A DNA stretch of 38,015 nucleotides, taken from Candidatus Kapaibacterium sp. GTDB taxonomy: Bacteria; Bacteroidota; Ignavibacteria; Kapaibacteriales; UBA2268. The translations under genes were made by a program, and so were the position numbers. Below the pieces are notes generated by a model. That model ran no database searches. It was not told where the DNA came from and saw only the letters and a program-made list of their open reading frames with translations. The stretch lies in the NCBI GenBank assembly GCA_041688685.1, contig JBDNHS010000379.1:1-38015 (forward strand), in the 5' to 3' direction. Shown one piece after another: positions 18,133 through 27,444 of this stretch. Position 1 is the stretch's first letter. Each line of letters begins with the position of its first letter.

Positions 18133-21100
18133 TTGTTTTGTATAAAAGTTTATTCGGATAATTTGAATAATTTAAAGAAAAATAAAATCTCTTCTAATTA
18201 TAAAATCAACACATTTTACTCATTAGAAAAAAGTAATTTATTTGTGGAAACTGCCATAAATAAATGCTTTATTTATTTATCAAACATTGTATTCTATGCT
18301 TTGTTATTTACTACTTTATTTGCTTCATTTACTTTATTTAGTCCAAAATTATTTGCTTTAGATAATCAATCCGATACAAGTTTAAATTCTAATTCTAATT
18401 CTGAGCTTGATACTCAATTAGATTTTGAAGAGTTCAAATCAATTTTCCTAAATTCTCAATATGACTTAAATCAAAAACTGAATATAAATGGATTAGACTC
18501 CAGTTTGAGTAATAGTCTCAGAGAGTTGGCTCTTTATGATTTGTATATTAGATTTGGTTTGGATAAAAACCTAAAACAATTCATTGAAGAAATTGACAAA
18601 AAATACAATTTATCTCCACACAGTCAAAGATACATTCGAACAAAATTAAAACAATTTAATTTACTGTTTTATCCAGAAAAATTAGAAAATTTCTTGTGTA
18701 GCGATGCATTTGATTATTATTTTGTAACTCAAATTAATGCTATAACAAAGAAACACTCAAAATTCCAATATTTGCCCAGAGCAAATATTAATTTTTCATT
18801 TGTAACTCTATCTTATTTCAATCCATATATTTTTATGTTGTTGCAGAGTGAAATCGAAATAGATAAAATGCTATTTGATAAAGACACATTAGAAAACCCC
18901 ACTTATATGTTTTTGCAAAAAAACATTCGTAGAACAGATTATAGCACCTATCCATTAAAACGCCCCAATAAATTAAATGGGTATAAAATCAAGGAAAGTC
19001 TTGATACTCTTACAAATGAAATTTATACCGAAGAATATTATGATGATATTGAATTGAGTGATGGTTATAATTTGCCATTAGATGACTATTTGAGATTAAG
19101 AAAAAACCAAATCCAACAACAAACCTGGGACTCACTATTAACGCGATATGATATCAAAAAAGCACTAACGGGCGGAGACTTGGGGCGTATGTTGGCTAGT
19201 GCAACTGGATTTTCTATACCTATTCCCAATAATCCACTAATGGGGATTTTTGGTAAGCCAGAAATAAGTATTAATGTTCAAGGTGAAGCAAATATTAGAA
19301 TGGGTTGGAGATGGGACTCACAAAACTTAGGTACTGTTTCTGCATTTGGTCAAAGTCAATCAACTCCAATTTTTAATCAAGATATTAGACTAAATGTTAG
19401 TGGTGGAATTGGTGATAAATTCAGAATTGGTACAGATTGGAATACACGAAGTCAATTTGATAGGCAAAATAGATTTAAAGTTGGGTTTGATGGGTATGAT
19501 GATGATATTATCAAAAAAATTGAATTTGGTAATGTGAGTTTGCCACTTACTTCGACTTTGATTGGTGGTGGTCAAACGCTTTTTGGTGCAAGAGCTGATT
19601 TACAACTTGGTCCTTTGTACCTAAAAACATTATTTTCTCAGAGAAGGGGCGAAAGAAGATTTGTCGATGTACAAGGTGGTAATAATAAACAGTTTTTTGC
19701 TATTAGAGCTTATGATTATGCACAAAATCACTTCTTTTTAGATGATAATTATAAACCTATTTATAAAGAGTTTTTTAGATTTGCTACACCAATTATACCA
19801 TTAGCAGCATTACCTTTGTCAATCAAAGAATATGAAGTATGGGAATCAACCAACGAATTGATAAATACCTCAGTTTCTAATGCAGTTGCACATGCGACAC
19901 TACCGCCTTTACTTTATAACCAAAAATATGGAAGAGTATATCTTGATGCACCAATTACAGCTGGTATTGTCGAAAGAGGTAGATTTAGAAGATTAGATAC
20001 AAATCAATATAAAATAGATAGAAATTTAGGTCAGTTGACGATAAATAACCTAAAAAGAGATAGAACTTATGCCGTTGCATATAGAACTGAAAATGCACTA
20101 ATTGGCGAACCTGATGATTTCTATCACGGTACTTTTACAAATAGTGTAGGTCTTAATGATACTTTAGTTTTGAAGTTGATTTATAGACCAAATTTACAAC
20201 CTGGATTTGCTACTTTGTGGTCTCGTCAGATGAAAAACATCTATACTCTTAATGGTTCAAATCTAAATCCAGCAGATACTAAAATAAGTATGTGGTATTA
20301 CAGGCAGAGTAATGACTCAACTGATTTACTTGATGGTTCGGCAGATAAATTGGTAACTATTTTTGGAGTGGATAGAGTAAGTATGGCTGGTTCTGTTCCA
20401 CCAGATGGTATATTTGATATGAGACAACCTTCGTATTTCTTTAATCCAAGAACAGGCGAAATAACTTTGCCAAGTGTGGAACCATTTAGAGAAGGTTTGA
20501 GGGATTATTTCGAATCCAAAGGTACACCGGAATTAGCAGAGTTATATGTTTTTAATGATGTTTATGATACTACATTTGATGTTGCAAAAAGAAATACAGC
20601 AAGAGATAGATTTGTTCTTTCCGGAGAATATGTTGGCTCAAGTAGAAATAATAATGGTAGAATTGCTTTGGGTGCTTACAATTTGGCGCCTGGTAGTGTT
20701 AGAGTAACATTGAATGGTGTTGAACTTAAAGAAATGACTGACTATATAGTAGATAATTATACAGGTACATTGACTATAAGAAATGAAAGAGCATTATTAC
20801 CAAATGCGAATTTAAGAGTTGAGTATGAACAATTAGACGTATTTATTGCCTCCACCAAAACCTTGGCAGGGGTGCGGGGTGATATTAAACTATTCAAAAA
20901 CCGGAGTGCGGAGGCAGATTTAGGATTTACCTTAATGCACTACGACCAAGCTGCAATTCAAGATAGAGTAACTATAGGGCAAGAGCCAGTTTCGAACACC
21001 ATGTTTGGATTTGATACCAAATTGAATTGGGACACGCCCTGGCTGACAGATATAATAGATGCATTGCCATTTTATGATACAAAAGTACCGTCAAATATCA

Positions 21101-24100
21101 ATATGGGTGCCGAATGGGCGATGATGTTGCCTGACCCAAATAAAAGAAAGTCAACTATTGCCTCAGACAATGCCGAGTCAGTAGTTTATGTTGATGATTT
21201 TGAAGCTGCACAAAGGTATGTTTCTCTGGGACTTAATCCAAATCAATGGATGCAGTCCTCTCAACCAGTAGATGATTTGATTGGTCCAGATGATTCAACA
21301 AGAGCAAAATATAGAGCACAATTATATTGGTTCAAAAAATTTATACCGTATATTCCAATAACTGACCCATATCCAGAGCAAAATAACGTATCTGGTAGAA
21401 ATAACATCGCTCCTTTGGAGATTTTCTTCACCACTCGTAAGCGTGGTATATATAATAATAATCCGGAATTTTTGGATGTTGATAATCCAGAGTTTGAAAA
21501 TATTAGTCCAAAATGGATAGAAAATCCTGATAATAGACAAAGAACTTGGGGAGGTATGCAGAGGCTAATATCTTCATTTAATACTAATTTTGATACTGAA
21601 AATATTGAATTTATTGAAATAATGCTTAGTGTTACTGCTGAATCAGGTGCCAAAATGTATTTGGATTTAGGGCAGATAAGCGAAGATATCATACCTAATC
21701 AGAAGTTAAATACCGAAGATGGAATCACTCAAGGGAGTCCAATTGCAAACGGACGTATTGACCCAGGGGAAGATGTAGGTATTGATGGATTATCAAATAT
21801 TGAAGAAAAAACTAACTATCCGTTTCCATTAAATTTGGAGGCAGACCCTGCAAGAGATGATTATTTCTTTGATTTCTCTAAACCCGATGAGCTAAGAAAT
21901 GAATTAGATTTCGCAAAATATAATCGTTATGAAAGTAATTCTACTCAAACAGAGGTGGGGCAGTTCCCTGACACCGAAATTATGAATACCAATAATGGTC
22001 AATCTATTTCATTAGATAATAGTTATTTCCGTTATGAAATTAATCTAAATACAGATATAAACAATAATTCACAAATTATCGGTGGTAACCCAGATAAAGG
22101 TTGGTTTTTGTATAGAATACCAGTACGTTCACCCGCCAATAAAGTTGGTAATCCTTTATTTACAAATATACAATACGCAAGAATGGTATTACAGGGTGGA
22201 GATGCTATTGTTAGAGTTGCTGATTGGAGATTATTAGGTTCACAATGGTTGAGAATAAGTAATTTTCAATCAAATGTAAATCCAAATGATAGTGTTTTGT
22301 CCATTGCATCTGTGAGTTTATTCGAAAACTCAAAAGCTCCTGACTTTTATACATTGCCACCAGGCGTTAGACCACCAAGACAAATCAATAACCCTGACCC
22401 AAGACAAGACATTAGATTTGACGAAAAATCTTTGTCTGTGGGAGTTAATAATCTTAGATTTGGCGAAGAAAGAATGGCGGTAAGGATTTTCCCGAGACAA
22501 GATTGGTATTATTACAAACAATTAAAATTCTTTATGCACGGCGATGGTTCTATGCCTGTTAGTGTTATACCTGGTTCTGTTCCAAAGGCATATACTTTTT
22601 TGAGATTTGGTACAGATTCAAGTAATTATTATGAATATAGAAGACCACTTATCAGAGGTTGGCAAGATTTGGGTATTGACCTTCAAAAATTGACAGCAAT
22701 AAAACAAGTTAGAGATACTTCCAATATTACAGGTCCACAGGAGTTTCCAGTACCTGGTGATGAATTTGCGACTTTTAGAATTAGAGGGAATCCAATTTTA
22801 ACAAGAATTAACTTCGTTGGTGTTGGTGTGTCTAATCCTGAAGAGCGTTTCCCTAACGAATTAACAACCAAAATATGGTTTAACGAATTAAGATTAATAG
22901 AGCCAGAAGACAGATCACATTGGGCTGGAGTTGGTAATGTCTCTGTCAAATTAGCAGATTTGGGAAATGTAACGGCTTCATTCAATCGGTCTTTGCCCAA
23001 CTTCCATAGATTAGAAGAAAGATTTGGGAATAGGTCATTGTCGAGTTCATATAGTATAAATATCAATGGAAATTTGGAGAAGTTTGCACCTTCAAGTTTT
23101 AGTGGAATGAAAATTCCAATTACTTACACTCGTTCAGAATTTTTGGAAGACCCTGATTTTGTTGCTAACAGTGATGTAAATCTAAGAACGGCTGCAGATG
23201 CTGCAAAAAGTAGTGCACTTGCCGCTACCGGCAGTCAAGACCAAGCACAAAAAGCTTACGATGAGGTAATAGCCAAAACTCAAATATTAAGAATACAGGA
23301 CAGTTGGGCTTTGACAGGAGTGAAACTTGGAATACCTATCAAAAATTGGTTGATAGACGACACATTCAATAAACTAACTATTGGCTATAGTTATGCTCAA
23401 GAGTTTGAGCGTTCACAATTATACAACGAAAGATTTAATTGGGTGTGGAATGCAAAAGTTGATTATGCAAACAATATCCCAGAATTTTTAGCTTTTGAGC
23501 CATTCGGTTGGTTATCTTCTGTTCCTATTATTGGAGATTATGATAAATTAAAACTGAATTTATTGCCATCTAATATTACTACAAGTTTAGGGTTTAATAG
23601 ACGTAGATTGACTGAACAGTCAAGATTTTTGAATTTCCCTTCTCCTGTTTTGAGAGATTTTACTTCTACTCAATCTTTGCAATTTTCTTGGAAATTAGCA
23701 CAAAATGGTTTTTTAAATCCAGTAATTGATTATACTGTTAATACTACAAGTAATTTAGTAAAATTTGAGTTAGATGAAAATGGCAGACAAAGAGAAGGTA
23801 ATATGATTGCTCAACAAATTTTTGGAAGTGGTGGTCTAATTAACTTCGGTGATGCCACAATCCATAATCAAAATATTACTATTAATATCAAACCAAAATT
23901 GCCAAGTTTTTTGGGAATTAGTAAGTATGTTGACCTAAATGGTTCATTTGCCACTGATTATAATTGGAATAGCCCTTTGGAGCCTGACCCAGAAAGATCT
24001 AACATTGTAAAAACTGCAGGATTTTCGAATAGAATTAGATTTAATATGCCTTTTCAATTAATGCAATTAGGCGAAAATTGGTTAGGTAAGTCTTTCAAAC

Positions 24101-25500
24101 AATCTCCAATGAATAATAACCCTGACACGAGTACAATTTTACAAAAAATTGCTCATACGATTAGATTTATCTTCTTTGATTTTAATAAATTAGACTTTGT
24201 TTTCACTCAAACAAATACTGCCAATACCCCTGGTATTTATGGTGGTACAGGTTTCACAAATTTTTGGAGCAGAGGTTTCACAGGTAGAGATTCACGTGAA
24301 ATTTGGGGACCAAGTTTCCCTTATCAATTAGGGCTTACCTCTCACCCACACGGTGGAGTTAATATGGGTACCTCTGCCAGATTCCCATTTGTAAACTTTA
24401 ATACTGACCCAGGTATTAGAGCAGCAAACGCAGTGTTACAAGAAAATTATACTCAAAAATCTAACTTCACAATCAATACTTCACGTCCACTTTGGGAGGG
24501 TGCAAGATTAGATTTGGAATGGAAAACTGACTTGACATTTAATCGTAATCAAACAGTAAGGACAGATGAAAATGGTGTTCCAACTTTTACTAATATAATT
24601 GCAATGGAATCACTTCAAAGGTCTTATGTTACATTCCCAACATTCTTTGGTTTGAATTTATTTAATAATACAATTGATAATGTAACTAATATTTTTAATG
24701 GTAGAAGAGCAGTTATCGAAGTGAACGAACCTAACGAAACAGCAAGAAACGAACAGTTACAAACTGCCCTCGCTACCTCGTTTTATGATGGCTTGGAAGC
24801 ATTTAGTCTTACCGGTGGTGGAGCAGGTAGATTTTTGCCAAGTCCAAACTGGGGTATTCGTTGGGAAGGATTAGAAAAGTTAGAATTATGGTCTAAATAT
24901 GTTGATAAAATTCAATTTGAACATAATTATCGCTCTACTTATGATGAAGCAGTTATGATAACTGATAAAGGTAGAGTAATACAAAATCAACAAGTAAATT
25001 TTGGGTTTTCACCATTAATTGGATTTACTGTTAATTTCAATGAAAAAGAAATTAACGGTAAAGCCTCGGCAAATATTAAGTGGAATAGTACAAGAGGATT
25101 TAATCTTAGTTCTGCAGCAAGATCTACAATTTCGGAACAATCAACAGAAGAAATTAGTATTCTGGCAAATTATACAATGAAAGGCTTTACATTTGCACTT
25201 TTGGGTATTGATATGCAAAATGATTTGGACTATAGTTTCTTCTTCTCTTGGAAAAACACAGGCAGAGCCGCCTTTAATATATTAGACCCAAATCCAGCAC
25301 AAAACAATCAAGGAACACCAATTCAAGGTAATACAGTAATCACATTGGAGCCAAGAGCAAGATATTCAATGAGCAATAGAGTTACAGCGTCATTATTTTT
25401 GCGTTATGAAGCCAATCTAACAGCTGGAGCTGCCCAACCAGGGTTTTCTACGACACAATTTGGCTTAGATATTAGACTATCTTTAGCCGGTGGCAGATAA
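18133..25500 (+). CDS. sprA: SprA, type IX secretion system outer-membrane translocon
   Basis: 2,455 aa, the size class of SprA (~2,400 aa). It has an N-terminal signal-like segment (IVFYALLFTTLFASFTLFSPKLFALDN) and SprA-type beta-rich sequence throughout, ending in a beta-barrel-like C-terminus. The start is non-ATG: TTG 18133 per the ORF track, with GTG 18244 as an alternative. Confidence 0.88.
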   Translation: MFCIKVYSDNLNNLKKNKISSNYKINTFYSLEKSNLFVETAINKCFIYLSNIVFYALLFTTLFASFTLFSPKLFALDNQSDTSLNSNSNSELDTQLDFEEFKSIFLNSQYDLNQKLNINGLDSSLSNSLRELALYDLYIRFGLDKNLKQFIEEIDKKYNLSPHSQRYIRTKLKQFNLLFYPEKLENFLCSDAFDYYFVTQINAITKKHSKFQYLPRANINFSFVTLSYFNPYIFMLLQSEIEIDKMLFDKDTLENPTYMFLQKNIRRTDYSTYPLKRPNKLNGYKIKESLDTLTNEIYTEEYYDDIELSDGYNLPLDDYLRLRKNQIQQQTWDSLLTRYDIKKALTGGDLGRMLASATGFSIPIPNNPLMGIFGKPEISINVQGEANIRMGWRWDSQNLGTVSAFGQSQSTPIFNQDIRLNVSGGIGDKFRIGTDWNTRSQFDRQNRFKVGFDGYDDDIIKKIEFGNVSLPLTSTLIGGGQTLFGARADLQLGPLYLKTLFSQRRGERRFVDVQGGNNKQFFAIRAYDYAQNHFFLDDNYKPIYKEFFRFATPIIPLAALPLSIKEYEVWESTNELINTSVSNAVAHATLPPLLYNQKYGRVYLDAPITAGIVERGRFRRLDTNQYKIDRNLGQLTINNLKRDRTYAVAYRTENALIGEPDDFYHGTFTNSVGLNDTLVLKLIYRPNLQPGFATLWSRQMKNIYTLNGSNLNPADTKISMWYYRQSNDSTDLLDGSADKLVTIFGVDRVSMAGSVPPDGIFDMRQPSYFFNPRTGEITLPSVEPFREGLRDYFESKGTPELAELYVFNDVYDTTFDVAKRNTARDRFVLSGEYVGSSRNNNGRIALGAYNLAPGSVRVTLNGVELKEMTDYIVDNYTGTLTIRNERALLPNANLRVEYEQLDVFIASTKTLAGVRGDIKLFKNRSAEADLGFTLMHYDQAAIQDRVTIGQEPVSNTMFGFDTKLNWDTPWLTDIIDALPFYDTKVPSNINMGAEWAMMLPDPNKRKSTIASDNAESVVYVDDFEAAQRYVSLGLNPNQWMQSSQPVDDLIGPDDSTRAKYRAQLYWFKKFIPYIPITDPYPEQNNVSGRNNIAPLEIFFTTRKRGIYNNNPEFLDVDNPEFENISPKWIENPDNRQRTWGGMQRLISSFNTNFDTENIEFIEIMLSVTAESGAKMYLDLGQISEDIIPNQKLNTEDGITQGSPIANGRIDPGEDVGIDGLSNIEEKTNYPFPLNLEADPARDDYFFDFSKPDELRNELDFAKYNRYESNSTQTEVGQFPDTEIMNTNNGQSISLDNSYFRYEINLNTDINNNSQIIGGNPDKGWFLYRIPVRSPANKVGNPLFTNIQYARMVLQGGDAIVRVADWRLLGSQWLRISNFQSNVNPNDSVLSIASVSLFENSKAPDFYTLPPGVRPPRQINNPDPRQDIRFDEKSLSVGVNNLRFGEERMAVRIFPRQDWYYYKQLKFFMHGDGSMPVSVIPGSVPKAYTFLRFGTDSSNYYEYRRPLIRGWQDLGIDLQKLTAIKQVRDTSNITGPQEFPVPGDEFATFRIRGNPILTRINFVGVGVSNPEERFPNELTTKIWFNELRLIEPEDRSHWAGVGNVSVKLADLGNVTASFNRSLPNFHRLEERFGNRSLSSSYSININGNLEKFAPSSFSGMKIPITYTRSEFLEDPDFVANSDVNLRTAADAAKSSALAATGSQDQAQKAYDEVIAKTQILRIQDSWALTGVKLGIPIKNWLIDDTFNKLTIGYSYAQEFERSQLYNERFNWVWNAKVDYANNIPEFLAFEPFGWLSSVPIIGDYDKLKLNLLPSNITTSLGFNRRRLTEQSRFLNFPSPVLRDFTSTQSLQFSWKLAQNGFLNPVIDYTVNTTSNLVKFELDENGRQREGNMIAQQIFGSGGLINFGDATIHNQNITINIKPKLPSFLGISKYVDLNGSFATDYNWNSPLEPDPERSNIVKTAGFSNRIRFNMPFQLMQLGENWLGKSFKQSPMNNNPDTSTILQKIAHTIRFIFFDFNKLDFVFTQTNTANTPGIYGGTGFTNFWSRGFTGRDSREIWGPSFPYQLGLTSHPHGGVNMGTSARFPFVNFNTDPGIRAANAVLQENYTQKSNFTINTSRPLWEGARLDLEWKTDLTFNRNQTVRTDENGVPTFTNIIAMESLQRSYVTFPTFFGLNLFNNTIDNVTNIFNGRRAVIEVNEPNETARNEQLQTALATSFYDGLEAFSLTGGGAGRFLPSPNWGIRWEGLEKLELWSKYVDKIQFEHNYRSTYDEAVMITDKGRVIQNQQVNFGFSPLIGFTVNFNEKEINGKASANIKWNSTRGFNLSSAARSTISEQSTEEISILANYTMKGFTFALLGIDMQNDLDYSFFFSWKNTGRAAFNILDPNPAQNNQGTPIQGNTVITLEPRARYSMSNRVTASLFLRYEANLTAGAAQPGFSTTQFGLDIRLSLAGGR

Positions 25501-25623
25501 TAAAAAACAAGCAATACAACTTGCTAACTCCTATCCACGACTTAAAAGCGGAAGCAATTTTTACTAAAGAAAATACTCATACCTTCAAATGTCTCAGACA
25601 ACTGCAGAAATTCCGACAATAAG

Positions 25624-25652
25624 TAAAAAAAGACAGGTCTGTTGACCTGCCT
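25624..25652 (-). terminator. Rho-independent terminator of coaBC
   Basis: Stem AGACAGGTC/GACCTGCCT (25631-25639 / 25644-25652, one mismatch) with loop TGTT. On the minus strand it is followed by a T-run (plus-strand A-run 25624-25630). It lies 34 nt after the coaBC stop. Confidence 0.6.
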
Positions 25653-25685
25653 CTACTATATTATTTATCCCAAATAAAAAAGTAA

Positions 25686-27335
25686 TTAATATTTTTCGAT
25701 AAATTCAAATATATTTAACGCAACGATATTTTTAGTTGTTTTTGGGTAAGGCTTAGGAGATTGATTTTTGGAAATAATTGTGATTGTATTATTATCACCA
25801 CCAAACCCAGAATCTTCTTTATTTGCGTAGTTTCCAATTATAATATCGGCATTTTTGTAGTTTAGTTTTGTGGTAGCATTTTGCTCTAAGTTTTCACTTT
25901 CTAAAGCAAATCCAACTACTAATTGGGTGTTACTTTTTAAATTACCAATAGTTTTGAGTATATCTTTATTTTCAATTAATTCAAGATTATCAAGTTTAAT
26001 ATTATCTTTTTTAAGTTTACCAATATGTTGGTATTTTGGCGAGTAATCCGAAACAGCAGCAGAAAATATTAATATATCTTGATTTTGGTAATTTCCTAAA
26101 ACCTTATCCAACATTTCTTTAGCTGATGTTATTTTAATTAGTTTGATTTTTTCGTCAAGCTCATCATTTAATTTCTCGTTGACAGGACCGGAAATCAAAG
26201 TAACTTCTGCACCCATTTCAATAGCTGCCTTTGCCAAACAATAACCCATTTTACCAGTAGAAAAGTTACTAATAAATCGTACATCATCAATTTTTTCGTA
26301 GGTGGGTCCGGCAGTGATAAGTATCTTTTTATTTAAGTAATACTTTGACAGAAGTGATAATTTCCTTTGATGTTCAGAGATTACAAATTCAGTTAGATTT
26401 TTTTTTTTTAGTAATTCTAAATCTAACTCAACATTAAACGCAATATCATCTTTTATAGAATTAGTGTTTATGTTAGTATCATTATCTACTTTTTTGCTAA
26501 TTAGAGCTTCAATTTTTAATTTTTTCTCTAATTCAATAATTCTTTGTTTAATATTATCAAATTTATTTACTTCTTTTGCTACAATTACTTCAGGAGAATT
26601 AATATTTTCTTCGACTATATTATTCGTAATATTAGAATTGTCGGTAATGTTGGAAATTATATTGCTTTCTATAATTTCAGCTTCATTATTAATATTATCA
26701 TTTGAATTATCAATATTGTTATTATTTTGGGTAGAACCAACAATATATTTTAAAACTTCATTAACAATTACATTAGTGTCTGGCAGTCTTCCTTTTCCAA
26801 TTAATCCACTTGATAGTTCACCCTCTTCTGGCTCAATAATTATATAGCCAATTTCTTTTAAAATATTGATATTTCTTTGGTTGACTGGATGATACCACAT
26901 ATCATAATCCATTGCTGGAGATAGAATAATTGGTATATTCTTTGAATTTAGAGAGGTTGAATTATTAGAATTATTATAACCAAAGGGAATAGAGAATAAG
27001 GTAGTCATTAATGAATTATCACAAAGTCCATTCGCTAATTTTGCGATGGTATTCATTGATGCAGGAGCAACTATCATCAAATCACAATGATTAGCTAATT
27101 CTACATGCCAAGCTCCGGAATTATTAATATTTTCATCAAATTGATTAACTATTACTTTATTTTTTGTTAGATTAGACAAGACCAAAGGCGAAACAAAATT
27201 CGTAGCATCCTGAGTCATTACAACTTTTACATTAGCACCTAATTTAATTAATTCTCTAATTATTATTGGACTTTTGTATGCTGATATTGAGCCAGATACT
27301 CCAAATATTATTGTTTTGTTTTCTATTGCTTTCAT
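25686..27335 (-). CDS. coaBC: Bifunctional phosphopantothenoylcysteine decarboxylase / phosphopantothenate-cysteine ligase (CoaBC) with a ~130-aa inserted linker
   Basis: 549 aa. The CoaC flavoprotein part has IIFGVSGSISAYKS, MIVAPASMNTIAKLANGLCDN and SPAMDYDMW. The CoaB part has KILITAGPTYEKIDDVRFISNFSTGKMGY. Confidence 0.9.
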   Translation of the reverse strand: MKAIENKTIIFGVSGSISAYKSPIIIRELIKLGANVKVVMTQDATNFVSPLVLSNLTKNKVIVNQFDENINNSGAWHVELANHCDLMIVAPASMNTIAKLANGLCDNSLMTTLFSIPFGYNNSNNSTSLNSKNIPIILSPAMDYDMWYHPVNQRNINILKEIGYIIIEPEEGELSSGLIGKGRLPDTNVIVNEVLKYIVGSTQNNNNIDNSNDNINNEAEIIESNIISNITDNSNITNNIVEENINSPEVIVAKEVNKFDNIKQRIIELEKKLKIEALISKKVDNDTNINTNSIKDDIAFNVELDLELLKKKNLTEFVISEHQRKLSLLSKYYLNKKILITAGPTYEKIDDVRFISNFSTGKMGYCLAKAAIEMGAEVTLISGPVNEKLNDELDEKIKLIKITSAKEMLDKVLGNYQNQDILIFSAAVSDYSPKYQHIGKLKKDNIKLDNLELIENKDILKTIGNLKSNTQLVVGFALESENLEQNATTKLNYKNADIIIGNYANKEDSGFGGDNNTITIISKNQSPKPYPKTTKNIVALNIFEFIEKY

Positions 27336-27357
27336 AAATAATCAATCGTTTTTATTT

Positions 27358-27425
27358 TAGGGATATATTTGTAGGGATATTTGTTTAGGGATATTTGTTT
27401 AGGGATATTTGTTAAGAGATATGTT
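27358..27425. repeat. Tandem repeat, about 5 units of 14 bp (TAGGGATATTTGTT)
   Basis: Three perfect units at 27372-27385, 27386-27399 and 27400-27413. Variant units at 27358-27371 and 27414-27425. Confidence 0.95.
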
Positions 27426-27444
27426 AGTGAATTATAAGTAGTAA

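Noticed and set aside
21261-23066. Antisense ORFs inside sprA (21261..21692, 21322..21540, 22330..22521, 22683..23066).
   Set aside because: They are fully embedded antisense in a long CDS with strong family-level support and have no motifs of their own. The same reasoning applies to 7444..7785 and 9088..9372 (in the Fe-S gene), 26464..26847 (in coaBC), 4753..4959, 3128..3334 and 3205..3387 (in PiT), 6236..6487 (in hemW), 33332..34391 (in the vWA-OmpA gene) and 36709..36969 (in the permease).
27358-27425. Tandem repeats considered as a CRISPR array (also those at 31982-32014 and 32837-32896).
   Set aside because: The units are 11-14 bp and directly abut with no spacers. There are no cas genes. 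These are microsatellite/minisatellite-type arrays.
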